Part shown: positions 60,021 through 64,000 of the stretch, piece by piece
How positions within the stretch are numbered: the stretch's first letter is position 1
Layout of the letters: every line of letters begins with the position of its first letter
IMG/VR virus record: IMGVR_UViG_3300042465_009257
Span: 109,359 to 173,358 of that record
Strand: one strand, 5' to 3'
Length of the DNA: 64,000 nt
Origin: a virus
Notes under the pieces: model-generated
What the model was told of the DNA's origin: nothing
Databases searched by the model: none
Seen by the model: only the letters and a program-made list of their open reading frames with translations
Translations under genes and position numbers: made by a program

Positions 60021-60049
60021 TTGACAGCCCCACTTTCGTGTGGTAGATT
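60021..60049 (+). promoter_or_regulatory. sigma70-type promoter TTGACA-N17-TAGATT with extended -10 TG
   Basis: Consensus -35; shares TTTCGTGTG in the spacer with the promoter at 55772. Confidence 0.75.
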
Positions 60050-60056
60050 AAATCCT

Positions 60057-60257
60057 ATGGATAAACACAACCCAATCACGCCTGTTCAGCAGGCATACCT
60101 AAACGCTAGCTTCCAAAACAAGTTGGAGCGATTGATTAATGAATTCCACCTAGAGGCAGACTCTGATACTCCAGACTATGTTTTGGCGAATTACATGATT
60201 CAATGTCTCATGGCGTTCAATACGGCGACTCAAGCGAAAATGAGAACTTCAGATTAA
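60057..60257 (+). CDS. small conserved phage protein
   Basis: LERLINEF..E..SDTPDYVLANY motif; likely ATG at 60057. Confidence 0.65.
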   Translation: MDKHNPITPVQQAYLNASFQNKLERLINEFHLEADSDTPDYVLANYMIQCLMAFNTATQAKMRTSD

Positions 60258-60312
60258 AGTCCCCCGCGCCGTCACCGAAGGAGAAAACCGAAGATCCGAT
60301 TTTGGGGAAGGA

Positions 60313-61458
60313 TTAAGCATCATAGTGGTCAAGGTTGTCGCGCTTGACAAAACAGTTTTCTCTTGCACATAGCGGGGAGAAATTGCTAAAATGGTTCAAA
60401 AGTTCTATCTCCCACTCGTTTTCTGCAATTGATGTGGGGATAATATGATCTAAATGCCAAGTTAAATTAAATTCTTCGGGAACTCTGTAGCCTATATTCC
60501 CATAATTATCCCAATTCATCCACGGCTCGAACCTAGATTCAATATAAGATCTGAAATCTTCGAACGATAAACCAAGTATTTCTTCCGTTTTCTTGTTCTT
60601 GGTTTTACCCAGTTTTCTGAACCTATTTGCAATAGCTGATCTAATCCTCCCGACAAAAACTGAAAGGCGTCTTTTTTCTTTTCGTTGCTCTTCGGTAAAT
60701 TTGAGTTTATACTTTTCTTCGTATCTTTTTTGAACGAGTCTCGTAACCCACTTTTCTCCAGCGTGGCAAGACTTGCTGTATTCTCGAAAAACATAATCTG
60801 GCCGCTGGGGATGTTCTTGGTCAAACTTCCAAGCTAAGTTTGGATTATCTTTAATCCATTGCTGTAAAAATTCCCATTCGTCTTCGTTCAGCAATCGCTT
60901 CACTGGGAAAAGGGTATATTGTCCGAATTCACTTTTTTCGCTAGGGAAAACTGGATCAAATTTTAAGTTATAAAGGTTATTTGCCGATCTTTGCTTTAAA
61001 CCTTTCGGAGTATAGGCTTTTTCTTGTAATTTTTGAAATTTTTCTTCTGTGGTCCACCATTCCCCGTTCGTAGAGCCTCGATTGTAACCAGCAAAAATAT
61101 AACCATCGGAACTCCTTCTATCACCACTCCTCCACTTCTGCGAGCTATTCACTTTAGTCCAATTTTTCAATTCGGCATATTCAGTATTGGTGAGTTGTCG
61201 GTTGACACAAAAAGGTGAAAATCCTTGGCTATTATCTCTTATTCGGGGCTTCGAAAAACCTGGGTGATAGACCCACCTTTCACCATTAATAAAAGAACGC
61301 CCATATTCGAGAAAATACATATTAGGATAATCTGGGGATTCATCATAAGCCCAAAGTCTTAAATCTGCATTTTTTGGATCATTTTTCCATTTTTGAAGAT
61401 CAATGTATTCTGATTTGGTCGGCATACGGTTAATATTTAAATAGCTCTTCTTTTCCAT
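60313..61458 (-). CDS. HNH endonuclease with three N-terminal repeats
   Basis: ILG.S...F..YIE..F..WMNWDNYG...WHLDHIIP...NHFSNFSPL....N; repeated Y.F..Y......GE.W units. Confidence 0.85.
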   Translation of the reverse strand: MEKKSYLNINRMPTKSEYIDLQKWKNDPKNADLRLWAYDESPDYPNMYFLEYGRSFINGERWVYHPGFSKPRIRDNSQGFSPFCVNRQLTNTEYAELKNWTKVNSSQKWRSGDRRSSDGYIFAGYNRGSTNGEWWTTEEKFQKLQEKAYTPKGLKQRSANNLYNLKFDPVFPSEKSEFGQYTLFPVKRLLNEDEWEFLQQWIKDNPNLAWKFDQEHPQRPDYVFREYSKSCHAGEKWVTRLVQKRYEEKYKLKFTEEQRKEKRRLSVFVGRIRSAIANRFRKLGKTKNKKTEEILGLSFEDFRSYIESRFEPWMNWDNYGNIGYRVPEEFNLTWHLDHIIPTSIAENEWEIELLNHFSNFSPLCARENCFVKRDNLDHYDA

Positions 61459-61459
61459 T

Positions 61460-61600
61460 TTATTTTTCGAAATACGAATCTAAGGCCCTCTTAATAATTT
61501 CAGACATCGTTGAGCCTGTTTCTTCCGCCCGACCCTTTAACTTTGCTTTAATAGCGTCAGTGAGAAAAACTTCGACCTTTTGCTTGTTTTTTAGTTTCAT
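61460..61600 (-). CDS. ribbon-helix-helix (CopG-like) DNA-binding protein of 46 aa, not in the ORF track
   Basis: KVEVFLTDAIKAKLKGRAEETGSTMSEIIKRALDSY. Confidence 0.75.
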   Translation of the reverse strand: MKLKNKQKVEVFLTDAIKAKLKGRAEETGSTMSEIIKRALDSYFEK

Positions 61601-61618
61601 AAATAATTATAATATGTA

Positions 61619-61645
61619 TTACATGTAATTTTCCTGAAATTGAAA
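61619..61645 (-). promoter_or_regulatory. late promoter variant TTTCA-N17-TGTAA
   Basis: One mismatch, correct spacing, upstream of the RHH-HNH pair. Confidence 0.55.
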
Positions 61646-61967
61646 TTTTATTTTTTCTGTATTTTGCAAAAGGCCTGGCTTTTTTTTCAAAAACCGAAAT
61701 TTTCGGTAATTGAAATGTTGTTTTGCTTTTGGTTTTTTGAGCGGAGCTTGTAAAGGGGATGGATAAGATAAAGGGGGGATAAAAAGAATATGAACGGTTT
61801 GGATTTTTGGGAGGTCGAGAGGTGAGTGTCCCCCCGGCGTTCCGTTAGGGTCTTGTTAGGACTAGCAACTATCAATACCCGGCCTAACACTAGCACGCTA
61901 ACACTAGCACCCTCACACTAGCACTAGCGTCCTGACAGTGTGCCGTGCTGCCGCTCCAGGCCCTAAC

Positions 61968-62005
61968 ACAAAAGGCCCCGCTACCCTTTCGGGCAACGGG
62001 GCTTT
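61968..62005 (-). terminator. Rho-independent terminator
   Basis: GCCCCGTTGCCC-GAAA-GGGTAGCGGGGC followed by CTTTTGT. Confidence 0.8.
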
Positions 62006-62012
62006 GCTAGTG

Positions 62013-62423
62013 TTAGTTGTAGTCGTTTTCGTCCTGCTCCACGATGACAAGCGGACCTGTTAGGACAGCGCCCTCTGTGGGACCGTCCTCCTCAATGTTA
62101 GGACTGGCGTTGATTGCCGCTTGTGTTAGGCTGCCATTCAATGCAGCCCGGAACATATCGTCTTTGTTAGGATATGCCTGTTTCATCGTAGCCGCCCATA
62201 CGGGGGCTTTAGTGTTAGGATTGAGACGCCGCCACTCGATTTCGTTAGGACCATACTTGGCTAGAATCGAAGGTGGAACGTCCAACGTGTTAGGACGAGC
62301 GGGAGGATCAGGAACCTCCGCTTGTGTTAGGGTGAAGCCTTCCGATCTCAGGAAGTCTAACATCTGCTTGACTTTGCTAGTGTCATCCGTTGCCCGGATT
62401 GCCAGGTTAATATTGATCTTCAT
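62013..62423 (-). CDS. hypothetical protein
   Basis: 136 aa ORF between a hairpin and the terminator. Confidence 0.65.
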   Translation of the reverse strand: MKININLAIRATDDTSKVKQMLDFLRSEGFTLTQAEVPDPPARPNTLDVPPSILAKYGPNEIEWRRLNPNTKAPVWAATMKQAYPNKDDMFRAALNGSLTQAAINASPNIEEDGPTEGAVLTGPLVIVEQDENDYN

Positions 62424-62438
62424 GTTAGGGTGGGTTGT

Positions 62439-62463
62439 GCCGGGGAGGATCTCCCTCCCCGGC
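62439..62463. other. intergenic hairpin GCCGGGGAGG-N5-CCTCCCCGGC
   Basis: Perfect 10-bp inverted repeat between the two island genes. Confidence 0.7.
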
Positions 62464-62469
62464 GTTATG

Positions 62470-63477
62470 TTAGGCAGTCACCACGGCGACCGTCTTCTTT
62501 GCTGTTAGGCTCTGGAGGTATGCGACCCCTGCCGAACTAGCAGCTTTCCTACTTTGGTTAGTGTTGAGGACAAAATCCGCTTGTCTCAACTCGTCTAACA
62601 CCTCTTTCGCTTCCTTGCTAGTCGCGCCTTGCATCGGCGTGGCTGCTACCTCTTGCACCTGACGCCCGGAAGCGTTAGTAGCAAGGAATGTTAGGACGGC
62701 GATGTGCTCCGTGTTCCAGCCGTCGCGGTAATAACCGCTAGCCTTAAGGGCTTTCCTAGCACCTTCTACCGTGAAGATGTCTAGCTCATTAGTGATGAAC
62801 TGCGCCCTAACATCTTGGATCTGCTTCTTTATCGCCCTTGCAAAGGGGCGAACGTTTTTACAGTATGTTAGGGTGGCTTCCTTGGTTGGCATCTTCTCGT
62901 TAGGCATGTAGACTGCCCACATGTTAGTGAAGATGCTAACTCTTTCGTCCAGCTCGTAAGGCATCAGCTTGAGTTCCGTTAGGCGACCACTAGATCCGCA
63001 CAAGGCACCGTCGCCGAGAGTTTCGTTAGTGGCCATGATCACCATGAAGTTAGAGGGTGAAAGCTCTAACTCATACTCGACTCCTTTGGAATCGTGTATT
63101 GTTAGGGTCTTGCGCTCCCCGCCAAGCTCTAGCAATTGTTTCAAAAAGGTCTTGAGACCCTTGTCTAACACTTGCACCTCGTCAAGAAAGAATACATTCT
63201 TGTTAGAGAAGCTAGTACAATTCTGAATCATGAGCGATTTGAATTGCGATAGGGTCACCCCTACGCTAACGTTGTGGGATTTGAACCCCGCAACCTCTAG
63301 CAACTTCATGCAGATGTTAGCGACCCGTGTTTTCCCCAGACCGGCGAAACCAGTTAGGAGAACGTGTTGGATAGGAGCGGCACCCATAGCGGCATCCCAT
63401 AGGATGGTCACTAACTTGACGAACAAGTTAGGCTGGAGCATTTCCTTCACGGCATTTTTGATAGTCTCGATTTGCAT
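62470..63477 (-). CDS. ruvB: RuvB-like AAA+ ATPase
   Basis: HVLLTGFAGLGKT Walker A, FFLDEVQ Walker B, MATNE sensor 1, GRL arginine finger, RuvB-like C-terminal winged helix; likely ATG at 63477. Confidence 0.75.
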   Translation of the reverse strand: MQIETIKNAVKEMLQPNLFVKLVTILWDAAMGAAPIQHVLLTGFAGLGKTRVANICMKLLEVAGFKSHNVSVGVTLSQFKSLMIQNCTSFSNKNVFFLDEVQVLDKGLKTFLKQLLELGGERKTLTIHDSKGVEYELELSPSNFMVIMATNETLGDGALCGSSGRLTELKLMPYELDERVSIFTNMWAVYMPNEKMPTKEATLTYCKNVRPFARAIKKQIQDVRAQFITNELDIFTVEGARKALKASGYYRDGWNTEHIAVLTFLATNASGRQVQEVAATPMQGATSKEAKEVLDELRQADFVLNTNQSRKAASSAGVAYLQSLTAKKTVAVVTA

Positions 63478-63733
63478 ATTGTTAGTATTATCTATGGTGC
63501 GGTTGGTTAGTAATTGCACCTTGCTGCCCTAACCTTGCGGCAGGGCAGGCTGGTAAAATTGACTATCAAATTTTCTAGGCTTACCGCTCCCCTAATCGTT
63601 AGGATCATCGCCGGGCTTTCCAGGGCAGGACTTGTCAGGATGGAGCGCCTGCCAGGCACACCCACCGGAAAGAGTCGATGCGTTCCGTTAGGATCGGGCC
63701 GCTCTTTCGTTTAACGCTTTCCAGCGCACAGCC

Positions 63734-63790
63734 AGTCTACACGACCCGGAAGGGATTGCAAATTCTTTTTTTTCTTTTTTTTCTTTTTCT
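63734..63790 (-). promoter_or_regulatory. sigma70-type early promoter TTGCAA-N16-TAGACT with upstream A tracts
   Basis: Plausible hexamers and an UP-element-like A-rich tract pointing into the RuvB-like operon. Confidence 0.55.
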
Positions 63791-63817
63791 TTATTGAGAT
63801 TGAATCTCAATTGCGAC

Positions 63818-64000
63818 CCCCCACGCGCCTGCCCCCACGCGCCTGCCCCCACGCGCCTGCCCCCACGCGCCTGCCCCCACGCGCCTGCCCCCACGCGCCT
63901 GCCCCCACGCGCCTGCCCCCACGCGCCTGCCCCCACGCGCCTGCCCCCACGCGCCTGCCCCCACGCGCCTGCCCCCACGCGCCTGCCCCCACGCGCCTGC
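63818..64000. repeat. perfect 14-bp tandem repeat (CCCCCACGCGCCTG)n, at least 13 copies, running off the window
   Basis: Directly visible. Confidence 0.95.

Larger units (their letters stand above)
61844..63692. repeat. dispersed GTTAG/CTAAC motif island (often TGTTAGG/CCTAACA)
   Basis: About 32 GTTAG and 12 CTAAC on the + strand by hand count in 1.85 kb. Confidence 0.9.

Noticed and set aside
61844-63692. Eukaryotic TTAGG telomeric repeat or intron branch-point signals
   Set aside because: The motifs are dispersed rather than tandem and lie within prokaryotic-style genes with a bacterial promoter and terminator.
63540-63730. tRNA or known ncRNA in the leader of the RuvB-like gene
   Set aside because: No cloverleaf, T-loop or recognisable family signature could be identified by eye.
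63818-64000. CRISPR array or coding repeat (ORFs 63688-63978 and 63807-63992)
   Set aside because: Units are contiguous with no spacers, and the ORFs are artefacts of a stop-free repeat.

Overview
This 64 kb window is part of a large tailed dsDNA phage genome (Caudoviricetes, probably siphovirus-like). The host is uncertain; the scarcity of Shine-Dalgarno motifs is compatible with a PVC or Bacteroidota host. Positions 1-51.8 kb are a minus-strand late/morphogenesis region. Read in transcription order it holds PhoH, an ECF-like sigma factor, an ERCC4 nuclease, terminase large subunit, portal, a lysis cassette, prohead protease/scaffold, major capsid, neck genes, about 23 kb of modular fibre/lectin/adhesin genes, the tail tube, and the start of a probable tape measure. 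Four GIY-YIG endonucleases are interspersed. Positions 51.9-60.3 kb are a plus-strand block of small early genes behind sigma70-type promoters, including a PP2C phosphatase, a Lar-like protein and a GC-rich run with attC-like cassette relics. Positions 60.3-64 kb hold an HNH nuclease, an RHH protein, a sharply bounded 1.85 kb island with a RuvB-like ATPase, and a 14-bp tandem array that runs off the window. Main highlights: (1) the island is saturated with GTTAG/CTAAC (about 44 copies by hand count), written through coding sequence; (2) a TTTCC-N17-TGTAA late promoter occurs at 15 sites and a candidate cognate phage sigma factor is present; (3) a shared structured 3' element follows the major capsid and tail tube genes; (4) small genes are bounded by inverted repeats in an integron-cassette-like way; (5) reusable anchor domains display different adhesin or enzyme modules. 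All functional calls come from motif recognition by eye, not from database searches.
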